Source of the DNA: an uncultured Desulfatibacillum sp.
GTDB lineage: Bacteria > Desulfobacterota > Desulfobacteria > Desulfobacterales > SpSt-501
Assembly (NCBI GenBank): GCA_964427375.1
Contig: CAYRUF010000004.1
Location: forward strand, 8,690 to 72,689
Direction of reading: 5' to 3'
DNA: 64,000 bases
The position numbers and the translations under genes were made by a program. Each line of letters starts with the position of its first letter. The stretch's first letter is position 1. A model generated the notes under the pieces. That model had not been told where the DNA came from and searched no databases. It saw nothing but the letters and a program-made list of their open reading frames with translations. Shown one piece after another: positions 1 through 11,344 of the stretch.

Positions 1-1
1 T

Positions 2-2074
2 CGGTATGCACCCGCGGTCGGGTTCGTCTTGGTGGAATATTGGCTGGAGGCCGACGGAACCCGGGTTTTTCGCAATGTGGCCGAAGGCACGGCGTTCCTG
101 GTGGACCGGGAGGGCTACCTGCTCACCAGCCGGCATGTGGTTTGTCCGTGGCTCGAGGATCCCCGCTTTGCAGCCGCCGTCCAGTATTTGCGGATGAGAG
201 GCATGGAGCCCGTCATGGGCTACCGCCTCTATCTGTGGTTCGAGGGAACCCGGGCCTTCAACCCGGCCGCGCGGATGATCGAGGGTGCGGATATCGGCGA
301 CATTTACTTTACCGAAAACGCTTACAGTACGGACGGCTCGCCTCGGGTCGAGATTTCAGGAGTGGCGCGGCCGCCGGTGCGCACCCGACAGATGGTGACG
401 TCCCCGCTCAAGGACGATGTTGCCGTGCTGAAGGTCGACCGGCTGGCAGAGGGCATCAGCCCGCTGCCGCTGGACCTGGCCATGGACCCGCGCCGGCTGC
501 CCAAGCTCAGCCGCGTGATCGCTTTGGGATTCCCGCTGGGAAGCCGAACGCAGGCCGACACGGTCAATGCCAGCGTCGTGCGCGGCAACGTGCGCCGGGC
601 TTTCGAGAACATGTTTCAGATCGACGCTTCACTGCACGGCGGCAACAGCGGCGGACCGGTGATCGATGCCCGCGGCAAGGTCATCGGCATCGTATCGGCC
701 GTAGCCATGGATTTCAGCCAAGGTTTGGTGCCGATGGCGACCCCGGTGTGGGACATCGGGCTGATCCTGCCGATTACCGGCGGCGTCCAGCTGCTGCGGG
801 ATTTCAAGGTCGGCCATGCCAAATGGAACGGCTTCATCGATTTTTCCGTTGAAGCCTCGCTCGCCAAAATCCGCGAAACCGCCGCGCAGGGGCGCTGGGC
901 CGAGGCCATGGCGGCGGCCGATGAAAAACTGGGTCGCAATCCCCAGCCGGTCATGGTCGTCGCCGCCGGCATGCTGCACTTCTGCAACGCCGATTATGCC
1001 GGCGCCCGCCGGCGCTTCACCCAATCGCTGTCCATGGACCCGGAGGACGACCAGGCCCGCCTGATGATAGTCTTGATCGACTGGCTGACAGACCGCCGAG
1101 CCGAAACGGACCATCGTCAGTATCTGGCGGAAGCCGACTGGCGCAGCCCGGCCGAGTTCCAGGGGTATCTGTTGCAGGTGCTGGAGGGCAAGGTGGAGGC
1201 CGCAGCGGCCCTGAGCGCCTGGACCGGCTCCGCCGAAAAAAGCTGGCTGCACTACATCGCCGGCCTGCTGCGCCTGCGCGAAGGCCGGGTCGAAGAAGCG
1301 GAAGCCCTGATCGAACAGGCCCTTCTTTCCGCCGACCCCGAGGCATGGGAATTCCTGCTGGCGCGGGCCAAACTGGACGAGATTCGCCAGCAGCGCCGCA
1401 CCGAATTCAAAACCCAGGGTCAATGGAGCGCTGACAGCGTCCGCCTGCAGCAATTCGACCGCCGGTTGAAAGATGCCCTGGAAACCAAAAAGGGGCGCCA
1501 GGCGGAGTTGTCCCCCATGATGGCCAAGCTGGCCCAGGGGGATATCACGGTCGAAGAGAAAATCGAGGCTCTCCAGAAAATCCTTGAACAGGACCCGGAG
1601 AACCGGGCCGCCCTGGGCGCCCTGGCGTATGCCCGTGCGGCAGCGGACGCTTTTCCGGAAGCCCTGGCCGGGCTGCGGGCCTATCTGAAGATCGATGGAC
1701 GGCAGACGGCCATGCGCCTGAGCCTGGGTTTGCTGGAAGCCGTCATTTTGCACAACCAGGGCCGCCGGGAGTCAGCGAACGAGTGCCTGGCGGACTATGC
1801 CCGCCGCACGCGGGATCCATGGTTTTTAGCCCTGTGCGATTACCTGCGGGGGCAGCAGACGGAGGACGAACTGCGCCGACTGGCCGGCGATGTACCCGAA
1901 AACATTCTCACGGCGTTCAGCGCGGCCGGCTTCTGGGCCGAGGGCTCCGGCGACAGGAAAAATGCCATCCGGTTTTACCGCGAGGCTCTCGGAACTTTTC
2001 TGGACAATTGGATCGAATACGATTTCGTGCGGGAACGCGTCAAAGGACTCAAGCGCTCGGCGGCTGAGGGCTAG
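2..2074 (+). CDS. Trypsin-like (S1C/DegP-type) serine protease domain fused to a long TPR-like helical repeat region; the 5' end probably lies outside the window
   Basis: ORF 29..2074 with the frame open back to the window edge. Catalytic-triad contexts LLTSRHVV, DDVAVLKV and GNSGGPVID. The C-terminal ~430 aa is A/L/E/R-rich and repeat-like. Confidence 0.8.
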   Translation, partial: RYAPAVGFVLVEYWLEADGTRVFRNVAEGTAFLVDREGYLLTSRHVVCPWLEDPRFAAAVQYLRMRGMEPVMGYRLYLWFEGTRAFNPAARMIEGADIGDIYFTENAYSTDGSPRVEISGVARPPVRTRQMVTSPLKDDVAVLKVDRLAEGISPLPLDLAMDPRRLPKLSRVIALGFPLGSRTQADTVNASVVRGNVRRAFENMFQIDASLHGGNSGGPVIDARGKVIGIVSAVAMDFSQGLVPMATPVWDIGLILPITGGVQLLRDFKVGHAKWNGFIDFSVEASLAKIRETAAQGRWAEAMAAADEKLGRNPQPVMVVAAGMLHFCNADYAGARRRFTQSLSMDPEDDQARLMIVLIDWLTDRRAETDHRQYLAEADWRSPAEFQGYLLQVLEGKVEAAAALSAWTGSAEKSWLHYIAGLLRLREGRVEEAEALIEQALLSADPEAWEFLLARAKLDEIRQQRRTEFKTQGQWSADSVRLQQFDRRLKDALETKKGRQAELSPMMAKLAQGDITVEEKIEALQKILEQDPENRAALGALAYARAAADAFPEALAGLRAYLKIDGRQTAMRLSLGLLEAVILHNQGRRESANECLADYARRTRDPWFLALCDYLRGQQTEDELRRLAGDVPENILTAFSAAGFWAEGSGDRKNAIRFYREALGTFLDNWIEYDFVRERVKGLKRSAAEG

Positions 2075-2240
2075 GCCGCCGGGCGCCATTCCGGGTGGCT
2101 GCTCTGACCCGCGCCGCCGGAGTCGAGAACCGGCGCAGCGGGTTTTCGGCCGCCCCCATCCATTTGACATCACCGGCGGCGGCCTTATGTTGGATCCAAA
2201 TTATGGATGGAAGCGAATCGATCCGAACGGAGGTCTAGCG

Positions 2241-2918
2241 ATGTCGTTTGAAACCAGGGAAGAGGTGCTCGAAAAGGTAATGGCCATGCCGAAACCCAAG
2301 TGCCCGCATTGCGGCGTTGAAATGAGCCTTTGGGAGGAGCCCCCCCTGCGCATGGGCGACGGGCTCGGCTGGGGGACGCCTTACCTGTTCGTGTGTTTCA
2401 ACGACGAATGCCCGTTGTACCAATCCGGCTGGAAGCATATCGAGGAAAGCTATGCCCACCGCGCTTCCTACCGCTGCATGAACTACCCGGGCAGCGACGT
2501 CTACGAATGCATCCCGGTGTTCAGCGACATGGGCATGCGCGGACAGATCGTGGACGATCAGGCGCTAGCCGAGCAGGAAGCGATGAAGGAGGCCATCAAA
2601 CGCGGATTCAACCTGTTGGCCGATTACTACACCACCAAGGACGGACCCGCCGTATTGCAGCTGCTGCAGGACCCTCTCGAGCCCGCCCGCGTCCGGCTCA
2701 AGGCCGCGGAGATGATCGGAGACATCGGAGAGGCCGAAGCGGTTGAGCCCATGCGCAACATGCGCTTCCCTTCCGAGATCCTCCAAAAAAAAGTGGATGA
2801 GGCCATCGCCAAGATCCACGCGCGGCACTTCACGCGCGAATGCCCGTTCTGTGCGGAGATCATCAAGCAACGCGCCAAGGTCTGCAAGCACTGCGGCAAG
2901 GATGTGGCCGGCGTTTAG
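2241..2918 (+). CDS. Hypothetical zinc-ribbon / HEAT-like repeat protein
   Basis: ATG at 2241 follows GGAGG. N-terminal CPHCG...C..DEC cluster, HEAT-like AAEMIGDIGEAEAVEPM, and C-terminal CPFCAE-x9-CKHCG zinc ribbon. The 1890 start in the ORF track overlaps the upstream gene and was not used. Confidence 0.6.
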   Translation: MSFETREEVLEKVMAMPKPKCPHCGVEMSLWEEPPLRMGDGLGWGTPYLFVCFNDECPLYQSGWKHIEESYAHRASYRCMNYPGSDVYECIPVFSDMGMRGQIVDDQALAEQEAMKEAIKRGFNLLADYYTTKDGPAVLQLLQDPLEPARVRLKAAEMIGDIGEAEAVEPMRNMRFPSEILQKKVDEAIAKIHARHFTRECPFCAEIIKQRAKVCKHCGKDVAGV

Positions 2919-2951
2919 GACACGGCCGACCCTTTCGACGCCTTCTTCGCA

Positions 2952-4715
2952 TTGGCTATGGCTCCATCCTCCCGCCCTCATTCCCCTTCGCACCGTATCG
3001 ACGGCACGCTTCGGAGTGTGGCCGTTCGCCTGCTGGCGGCGATGGTTCTGTTAGGCGTCTGGCCGGCGCCGGCGGCCGATGGTTCGACCGCCCTCCCCGA
3101 CGATACCGCTGCCCGTAAGCTCCAAGCCCGGATCGCCGCCGCCCAAGCCGCCAACTATCTGGCCTGTGCAGGCGAGCTGATCTGCGGCATCGCCGAGCTG
3201 CCGCGGTTTTACGCGCAGCGGAACTATCGGCCGGCGTGGATCACCACGGATGATCGGGCCTTCGCGTTGGCGGACGAGATGGTGCAGCAGCTCGAGGATG
3301 CCCGCTACGACGGTCTGGCTCCGGAGCACTATCATCTGGATTCCATCCGCGCGCTGCTGCAAACCGCTCGACAGCAGGCGGGGTCGGATCGCTGGGTGGA
3401 TCCGGAGGTTCACGCCGATCTCGAATTTCTCTTGGCCGACGCCTTTCTGATGCTGGGCTCCCATTTGCGGGCCGGCCGGGTCAACCCGGAAACGCTGGAC
3501 AGTGAATGGCTGGTCCGCATCGATTCGCAGGGCAACTTGGCTGAGGTGCTTCAGCGTGCGATTGAATCCCGCTGGATCGGCGAGGCCCTCGACGGGCTGC
3601 GGCCGCCTCATCCGGAATACCGGGCCCTTCGGAAAGTGCTGAAGAGCTATCGCACCCGAGAGGCGGTCGCTGAAGGGCCTCGGCTGCCGGAAAAATCCAC
3701 CTGGGAGAGGGGGCAGCGCGGGGACATTGCCGATCGGCTGCGCGAACGGCTGCGGTTTTCAGGCGATCTGCCTCAGCGCCCGGAGGGAGCCGACGCCGAT
3801 GCGGACGCCGAGTTGTTCGAGGGGCTGCGCCGCTTTCAGGAGCGGCACGGCCTGGAGGTCGACGGGCGCATGGGCGCTCAGACCCGGCAGGCCTTGAACG
3901 TCTCTTCCGAGGAACGCGCTCGCCAGATCGAACTGAACCTGGAGCGCTGGCGCTGGCTGCCGCACGATTTGGGAACGCGCCACATTCGCGTGAATGTGCC
4001 GCAGTTCGACCTGGCGGTGATCGAGGATGGCCAAGAGGTCCTGCGCATGCGGGTGGTCGTGGGCCGGCATTATCGCCGCACCCCGGTGTTCAGCAGTTGG
4101 TTGGACCACGTGGTTTTCAACCCGGACTGGAACATCCCGACCCGCATCGCGGTCGAGGACATTCTTCCGAAGGCCCGCAAAGACCCGGCTTATATGCGCC
4201 GCGAGAAAATCCGCGTCTTCGAAAGCTGGGATCGGAACGCAGCCGAGCTCGACCCGGACCGCATCGATTGGACCGAGGTGACCGGCCGGGGATTCCGTTA
4301 CAAGTTCAAGAAGGACCCCGGCGCCCACAACGACCTCGGCCGCATCAAATTCACGTTCCCCAACCAATTTGCGGTTTACCTGCACGACACCCCGTCGAAG
4401 CGTCTTTTCGATCGCAGCATGCGCGGCTTCAGCTCCGGGTGCATCCGCATCGAAAAGCCCATGGACCTGGCTGAATACGTTCTGAGGAATTCCCCGGGGT
4501 GGAGCCGCGATGCCGTGGCGGCGGCCGTGGATTCGGGGGCGAACCGCACCATCCGCCTATCGAATCCGATCCCCCTGCACTTGCTTTACATGACGGCCGG
4601 AGCAACCCCCGAGGGGCGGCCCCGGTTTTGGCCGGACATCTACCAGCGCGACCCAAAGCTCGACCGGGCGCTGCATAAGGCACCGCCGCGGAATTACGGT
4701 TCGTTCGGAGGGTAA
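2952..4715 (+). CDS. L,D-transpeptidase, YcbB/LdtD family (peptidoglycan-binding domain plus YkuD catalytic domain)
   Basis: N-terminal signal-like segment. PG-binding motif RFQERHGLEVDGRMGAQTRQAL. YkuD motif HDTPSKRLFDRSMRGFSSGCIRIEKP containing the catalytic Cys. Confidence 0.85.
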   Translation: MAMAPSSRPHSPSHRIDGTLRSVAVRLLAAMVLLGVWPAPAADGSTALPDDTAARKLQARIAAAQAANYLACAGELICGIAELPRFYAQRNYRPAWITTDDRAFALADEMVQQLEDARYDGLAPEHYHLDSIRALLQTARQQAGSDRWVDPEVHADLEFLLADAFLMLGSHLRAGRVNPETLDSEWLVRIDSQGNLAEVLQRAIESRWIGEALDGLRPPHPEYRALRKVLKSYRTREAVAEGPRLPEKSTWERGQRGDIADRLRERLRFSGDLPQRPEGADADADAELFEGLRRFQERHGLEVDGRMGAQTRQALNVSSEERARQIELNLERWRWLPHDLGTRHIRVNVPQFDLAVIEDGQEVLRMRVVVGRHYRRTPVFSSWLDHVVFNPDWNIPTRIAVEDILPKARKDPAYMRREKIRVFESWDRNAAELDPDRIDWTEVTGRGFRYKFKKDPGAHNDLGRIKFTFPNQFAVYLHDTPSKRLFDRSMRGFSSGCIRIEKPMDLAEYVLRNSPGWSRDAVAAAVDSGANRTIRLSNPIPLHLLYMTAGATPEGRPRFWPDIYQRDPKLDRALHKAPPRNYGSFGG

Positions 4716-4734
4716 ACGGACGCGGGATGATGGG

Positions 4735-5325
4735 CTACCAGGATCGAATCCGGCCGATGTCGACATGAACGAAGTCGGACTGAGGGTAGTACCCGACGCC
4801 GCCGGCCGCGAGCTCGACCGCGAGCGCCCTCAACTCGCCGGTCCGGATCCCCGGCACCCGAATGTCGATCGCCTTGCCGAATAGGTGCAGGCTCTGGGAT
4901 GCCACGCCCCGGCTCCTGCGGTGCAGCACGGCGTTGGTTTCTGCGGATCGAAACCCGGAGATGACATGGAAGGGCTGCGCGGTTTGAATCCGCAGGCGCA
5001 GGCGGTGCAGGAGGTCCAGCAGATCGGTGGCGATGGCACCCACCTCGCCGGTGCGGTGATCTCTCAAGATGTGGTTGATGTCCCTCAGGCTGACGGGATC
5101 GTAGCGTCCGGCGCTGCAGTAACAGGCTTCCAGGCGTTCGCCGGTGTGGGTGTTGAAGAAAGCCAGCCGCCGCTCGGACCCGGGGGCCGGTTCGGAGACG
5201 GCTGCCCTCAGAACGCGGGGAGCCAACATAGCGGAGGCCGCCGCCAATCCCCATCGCAGGAACCGGCGGCGATGAATCGATCGGGATGGAACTGAAGCAT
5301 CGGTATGTCGCTCGGCATGCGGCAA
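4735..5325 (-). CDS. YcbK/MepK-like DUF882 (peptidase M15 family) murein endopeptidase with a Tat signal
   Basis: Twin-arginine signal SIHRRRFLRWGLAAASAMLAP. Motifs SGFRSAETN and SLHLFGKAIDIRVPG...GGVGYYPQSDFVHVD are typical of the family. It is convergent with the LdtD-like gene, as in E. coli ycbB-ycbK. Confidence 0.8.
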   Translation of the reverse strand: MPHAERHTDASVPSRSIHRRRFLRWGLAAASAMLAPRVLRAAVSEPAPGSERRLAFFNTHTGERLEACYCSAGRYDPVSLRDINHILRDHRTGEVGAIATDLLDLLHRLRLRIQTAQPFHVISGFRSAETNAVLHRRSRGVASQSLHLFGKAIDIRVPGIRTGELRALAVELAAGGVGYYPQSDFVHVDIGRIRSW

Positions 5326-5400
5326 AACGGTGTGCGTCCCTCCTGATTTTTTCAGACCATAGCCCGAACTCCATAGCGTGTCAACGCGTGGATGGAGGGA

Positions 5401-5949
5401 TCACTCCTCGGCCAACCGCCGGGCGCGGTTGACGGCTTCGCGGTCATAGGTGCGAAAAATCAGCTGCTCACGCTGCCGCCGGTCCGGCGGCAGCGTCTTG
5501 AATTCGAGCCCCGGCAGCTGCGCTTCCAGCTCGACCCGGCCCGGGATGGCTTCCAGGCCGGCGCCGACCCGGCGGCCGGAGGCCGTTTCGAGAACAACGG
5601 CGTCCCGTCCGTCCGAGGCGACGGCCCAGGGAATCTGGTATTCGCTCAGCAGTCGGGCGGCGGCCAGGATCTCGCGCTCGTAGGAGCCGATCGACCCCGC
5701 CGCGCATCGGAAAGCGACCAGCCGGCGGCCCCCCACTCCAGCCACCAAATCCACGGCCGACCGGTAGCGCTCCCCGGCAATGTCCATTTCGATCGGCGCA
5801 TCCACCTCGATGTCCTCGCGGGGATAGCCCTTGCGCTCCACCAGGTAGCGCTCCAGGAGCTGGCGGTTCTCCTCGGCGCCGACGTTCGGAACGGTCCGGC
5901 CGGTGATGAAATCGGTCAGCATGGTATACGGTTTGAGGGTGTTGGACAT
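5401..5949 (-). CDS. Type I restriction enzyme HsdR N-terminal-domain-like protein (stand-alone, function unknown)
   Basis: Start chosen at MSNTLKPYTMLTDFITGRTVPN (cat at 5947-5949). The pattern EENRQLLERYLVERKGYPREDIEV...VDLV resembles the HSDR_N_2 family from memory. Upstream ATGs would overlap rsfS. Confidence 0.55.
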   Translation of the reverse strand: MSNTLKPYTMLTDFITGRTVPNVGAEENRQLLERYLVERKGYPREDIEVDAPIEMDIAGERYRSAVDLVAGVGGRRLVAFRCAAGSIGSYEREILAAARLLSEYQIPWAVASDGRDAVVLETASGRRVGAGLEAIPGRVELEAQLPGLEFKTLPPDRRQREQLIFRTYDREAVNRARRLAEE

Positions 5950-5962
5950 CGCGGCCGAGTTC

Positions 5963-6370
5963 CTATTCGGCATCAACCACGCGCCGCGTTTTCGCCCTAG
6001 ACACCGGTTTCGGGCTCGCTGCGGCGGGAATCGGAATCCGCGGGGCGTCGCTCCACAGGCCCTCCAGATCGTAGAGCGAGCGAACGGATTCGAAGAACAC
6101 GTGAACAATCACATGGCCGTAGTCCATCAATACCCATTGACCCTCAGCGGTGCCCTCGACGCTGAGGGGTTTGATCTGGTGCTGGCGCATCTGCCTTTCG
6201 ATGTGCTCGGCGATGGCGACCACCTGGCGGTTCGAGCGGCCGCTGCAGATGATGAACACATCGGCGATCGAGGTCAGTTCGCGCACGTCCAGGGCCACCA
6301 CGTGGGCGGCCTTCCTGCCGAGCACCGCCCGGATCAACAGACTCAGCGTGGCGTCCAGTTCGTCGGTCAT
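5963..6370 (-). CDS. rsfS: Ribosomal silencing factor RsfS (iojap family)
   Basis: MTDELDATLSLLIRAVLGRKAAHVVALDVRELTSIADVFIICSGRSNRQV... The ATGA overlap with the nadD stop fits the conserved nadD-rsfS pairing. Confidence 0.9.
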   Translation of the reverse strand: MTDELDATLSLLIRAVLGRKAAHVVALDVRELTSIADVFIICSGRSNRQVVAIAEHIERQMRQHQIKPLSVEGTAEGQWVLMDYGHVIVHVFFESVRSLYDLEGLWSDAPRIPIPAAASPKPVSRAKTRRVVDAE

Positions 6371-7032
6371 GAATAAAGTCCTTTGGTTTGAATGCAGTCG
6401 CACACGGCCGCCGGCGATAGAAACCGAATGGAACGGCCGGCGCGCACAAGGCTCCGGATCCGGCTGCTCGAAATGTCCAGGGCCGTCACGGCAAACAGGC
6501 TGACCTCCCGGATGCCGGAGCCGCTGAAACGGACCGGGGGGCCGGATGCGGCAATATCCGCTGAAACCCGGCACCTCAGGAAATCCGCCAGCTCGTCCCC
6601 GCAGCGACCGGCCGTCGGCCCATCCCCGTGCGGCCGGGTGATGACAATCACCGTAACGAGCGACAACAACTCTCGATAGGACTTCCAGGTGTCGATTTCC
6701 AGGAACGCATCCCGGCCCATGATGAGGAACAGCTCGGCCCCGTCGGAGGCCTCCCGGTGGAAATGCCGGACCGTGTCGATGGTATAGGACGGGCCCTGGC
6801 GGCGGATCTCCACGTCGGAGGCCGCCAGGCCCGGTTCGCCCGCTACGGCGAGCTCGATCATCTGCAGTCGGTCGGCCGCCGGCGCGACCCCTTCAGGGGT
6901 TTTGTGAGGCGGGACGGCGGCCGGGATGAGAAACACCCGGTCCAGCTCGAATCCCTCCTTCACTTCCAGGGCCGCCCGCAGATGGCCGAAGTGAATCGGA
7001 TCAAACGTTCCGCCGAACAATCCGATACGCAT
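6367..7032 (-). CDS. nadD: Nicotinate-nucleotide adenylyltransferase
   Basis: MRIGLFGGTFDPIHFGHL (T/HxGH motif); 221 aa; conserved position downstream of proA. Confidence 0.92.
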   Translation of the reverse strand: MRIGLFGGTFDPIHFGHLRAALEVKEGFELDRVFLIPAAVPPHKTPEGVAPAADRLQMIELAVAGEPGLAASDVEIRRQGPSYTIDTVRHFHREASDGAELFLIMGRDAFLEIDTWKSYRELLSLVTVIVITRPHGDGPTAGRCGDELADFLRCRVSADIAASGPPVRFSGSGIREVSLFAVTALDISSSRIRSLVRAGRSIRFLSPAAVCDCIQTKGLYS

Positions 7033-7039
7033 CCTGCCT

Positions 7040-7059
7040 ATTCCCTGACCTGGCCGCTG
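7040..7059. repeat. 20-bp direct repeat, copy 1 (orphan copy of the proA 3' terminus), paired with 7200..7219
   Basis: attccctgacctggccgctg is identical at 7040-7059 and 7200-7219, exactly 160 bp apart. Confidence 0.95.
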
Positions 7060-7199
7060 AAAATCATCCGACCCGATGGCTTCGAAAAGAGTCCAAGTTC
7101 AAGGCGCACAAATCTCGCGACGCGAGGCGTACTGGCCGTACGCCGCAGCGGCGGCGAGATGAAGTGCAACGCCGAAATTGGGCTATTTACGAAGCCATC
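7060..7199. mobile_element. 140-bp MITE/REP-like insertion between proA and nadD
   Basis: Flanked by the 20-bp duplication. Terminal inverted repeats are GATGGCTTCGAAAAGA (7075-7090) and CTATTTACGAAGCCATC (7183-7199). The left arm aaaatcatcc..GATG..CCAAGTTCAAGGCGC recurs at 63951-64000. No coding capacity. Confidence 0.75.
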
Positions 7200-8457
7200 A
7201 TTCCCTGACCTGGCCGCTGCCGTACACCACAAACTTGTTCGTGGTCAACTCCTCCAGGCCCATCGGGCCGAAGGCATGCAGTTTCGAGGTGCTGATCCCG
7301 ATTTCGGCGCCGAGGCCGAGCTGGCCGCCGTCGTTGAACCGGGTCGAGGCGTTCACCAGCACCACGGAGGCGTCCACTTCGCGCACGAACCGGCGCGCCC
7401 GCTCATAGTCGCTGGTGACGATGGCCTCGGTATGATTCGATCCGTACGCGGCGATGTGGGCCATGGCTTCATCCAGGTCGGCCACCACGCGCACCGCCAG
7501 AATCAGGTCCAGGTATTCGGCTGGCCAGTCCGCATCGGTGGCGGCAGCGGCTTCCGGGACGAGCCGCCGCGTCTGCTCGCACCCTCGCAGCTGGACCCCG
7601 GCCGCGCAAAGCCGCCGGGCCATCGCCGGCAGAAAGCGCTCCGCCGCCGAGCGGTGCACGAGCAGGGTCTCCATCGCGTTGCACACGCCGGGCCGCTGGA
7701 CCTTGGCGTTGAAGCAAATCTCCTCGGCCATGGATAGGTCCGCACCCGCGTCCACGTAGACATGGCAAACGCCCTTGTAGTGCTTGAGCACGGGAATCCG
7801 CGAGTGGGCCACCACGAACCGGATGAGCGCTTCGCCGCCGCGCGGAATGATCAGGTCGATGAATTCCTCCTGCTGGAGCAGGGCGTTCACGGCGGTCCGA
7901 TCCGTCACCGGAATCACCTGCACGGCGGCCTCCGGCAGCCCGCTCTCCGCAAGGCTTCGAGCGATGACGGCGGCCAGGGCGCTGTTGGAGTGAAAGGCTT
8001 CGGACCCGCCGCGCAGGATCGCCGCGTTGCCGGCCTTGAGACAAAGGCCGGCCGCATCCACGGTGACATTGGGCCGCGATTCGTAGATGATCCCGATCAC
8101 GCCGAGCGGGATCCGCATGCGCGCCACCTGCAGGCCGTTCGGCCGGATCCAAGCCGGGCCGAGGCTGCCCACGGGGTCCGGCAGCCGGGCGACCTCCCGC
8201 AGCCCCTGGGACATGGCGGCGAGGGTGGCGTCTTTGATGGTCAGCCGGTCAATCATGGCCGCCGAAAGGCCGGCGGCGTGCGCGGCCTCCAGATCCGTTC
8301 GATTCGCTTTCTGGATGACGCCGGCCTGTTGGAGAATCCCATCCGCCAAACGCTCCAGCGCCGCATTTTTTCGCGGCGTGGAGCAGCATCCGATCGTGCG
8401 GGCCGCCTGCCGGGCGGCTTTGGCCATGCTCGTAACGGTTTGCTCGATGGTGCTCAT
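7198..8457 (-). CDS. proA: Glutamate-5-semialdehyde dehydrogenase (gamma-glutamyl phosphate reductase)
   Basis: 419 aa with ALDH-type motifs ([35 protein letters not shown]). Lies downstream of proB. Confidence 0.93.
   Translation of the reverse strand: MSTIEQTVTSMAKAARQAARTIGCCSTPRKNAALERLADGILQQAGVIQKANRTDLEAAHAAGLSAAMIDRLTIKDATLAAMSQGLREVARLPDPVGSLGPAWIRPNGLQVARMRIPLGVIGIIYESRPNVTVDAAGLCLKAGNAAILRGGSEAFHSNSALAAVIARSLAESGLPEAAVQVIPVTDRTAVNALLQQEEFIDLIIPRGGEALIRFVVAHSRIPVLKHYKGVCHVYVDAGADLSMAEEICFNAKVQRPGVCNAMETLLVHRSAAERFLPAMARRLCAAGVQLRGCEQTRRLVPEAAAATDADWPAEYLDLILAVRVVADLDEAMAHIAAYGSNHTEAIVTSDYERARRFVREVDASVVLVNASTRFNDGGQLGLGAEIGISTSKLHAFGPMGLEELTTNKFVVYGSGQVRE
7200..7219. repeat. 20-bp direct repeat, copy 2 (functional proA 3' terminus)
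   Basis: Identical to 7040-7059. Encodes SGQVRE plus the first base of the stop codon. Confidence 0.95.
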
Positions 8458-8527
8458 GGTTCACTCTTCATGGTCCCGATCCGGACCGAAACGATATTGG
8501 ATGCCGGGGGTTGGGCCTCCCCAATCA

Positions 8528-10940
<2,413 letters not shown>

Positions 10941-11255
10941 CTAATGAATGTCGATGCCGTCGATGCGAATCGCAGTGTAGGGTTGACGATGGCCCTGTTT
11001 CCGGCGATAACGTTTACGGCGCTTGTACTTGAAGACGATGATCTTCTTGGCCTTGTCCTGCTCGACGATGCTGGCCAGCACCGCTGCTTTATCCAGAAGC
11101 GGTTGGCCCACGCGGACGTTTTCACCGTCCGCCACCATGAGCACTTTGTCGAAGGTCACCTGGGAGCCGACCTCGCCCGGGATTTTTTCAATCCGCAGGG
11201 TCTGGCCCTTTTGGACCTTGTATTGTTTTCCGCCTGTGTTTACGACCGCATACAT
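10941..11255 (-). CDS. rplU: 50S ribosomal protein L21
   Basis: [25 protein letters not shown]..., 104 aa, cat at 11253-11255. Confidence 0.95.
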   Translation of the reverse strand: MYAVVNTGGKQYKVQKGQTLRIEKIPGEVGSQVTFDKVLMVADGENVRVGQPLLDKAAVLASIVEQDKAKKIIVFKYKRRKRYRRKQGHRQPYTAIRIDGIDIH

Positions 11256-11296
11256 CCGGAGGCCTCCTGAAAAAATAATATCATAAAAACCGGTAA

Positions 11297-11324
11297 ATAT
11301 TAGATGATGCGAAAAAAATGTCAA
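11297..11324 (-). promoter_or_regulatory. Sigma70-type promoter candidate for rplU-rpmA-obg
   Basis: On the minus strand: TTGACA (11319-11324), a 16-nt spacer, then TAATAT (11297-11302), about 40 nt upstream of the rplU ATG. Confidence 0.55.
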
Positions 11325-11344
11325 CAAAAAAATCAGGAGGAATC

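Noticed and set aside
629-1753. 374-aa antisense ORF, plus many similar long ORFs on opposite strands or in other frames (e.g. 7469-8152, 8454-9281, 9753-10688, 13872-14639, 14666-15925, 18259-19413, 19777-20814, 20918-22126, 36622-37641, 42749-44143, 46501-47916, 50215-51210, 54546-55595, 55198-56463, 59933-61381, 62291-63778)
   Set aside because: These are typical stop-codon-poor shadow frames of GC-rich DNA. Their products are Arg/Gly/Pro/Ala-rich with no motifs, and each lies fully inside a gene with clear family signatures.
1890-2918. 342-aa version of the zinc-ribbon/HEAT protein
   Set aside because: The upstream 117 aa overlap the protease gene out of frame and are low-complexity. An SD-preceded ATG at 2241 gives a coherent protein.
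7038-7232. 64-aa ORF ending in ...SGQVRE
   Set aside because: It is created by the orphan duplicated proA tail plus the MITE-like insertion. It is not an independent gene.
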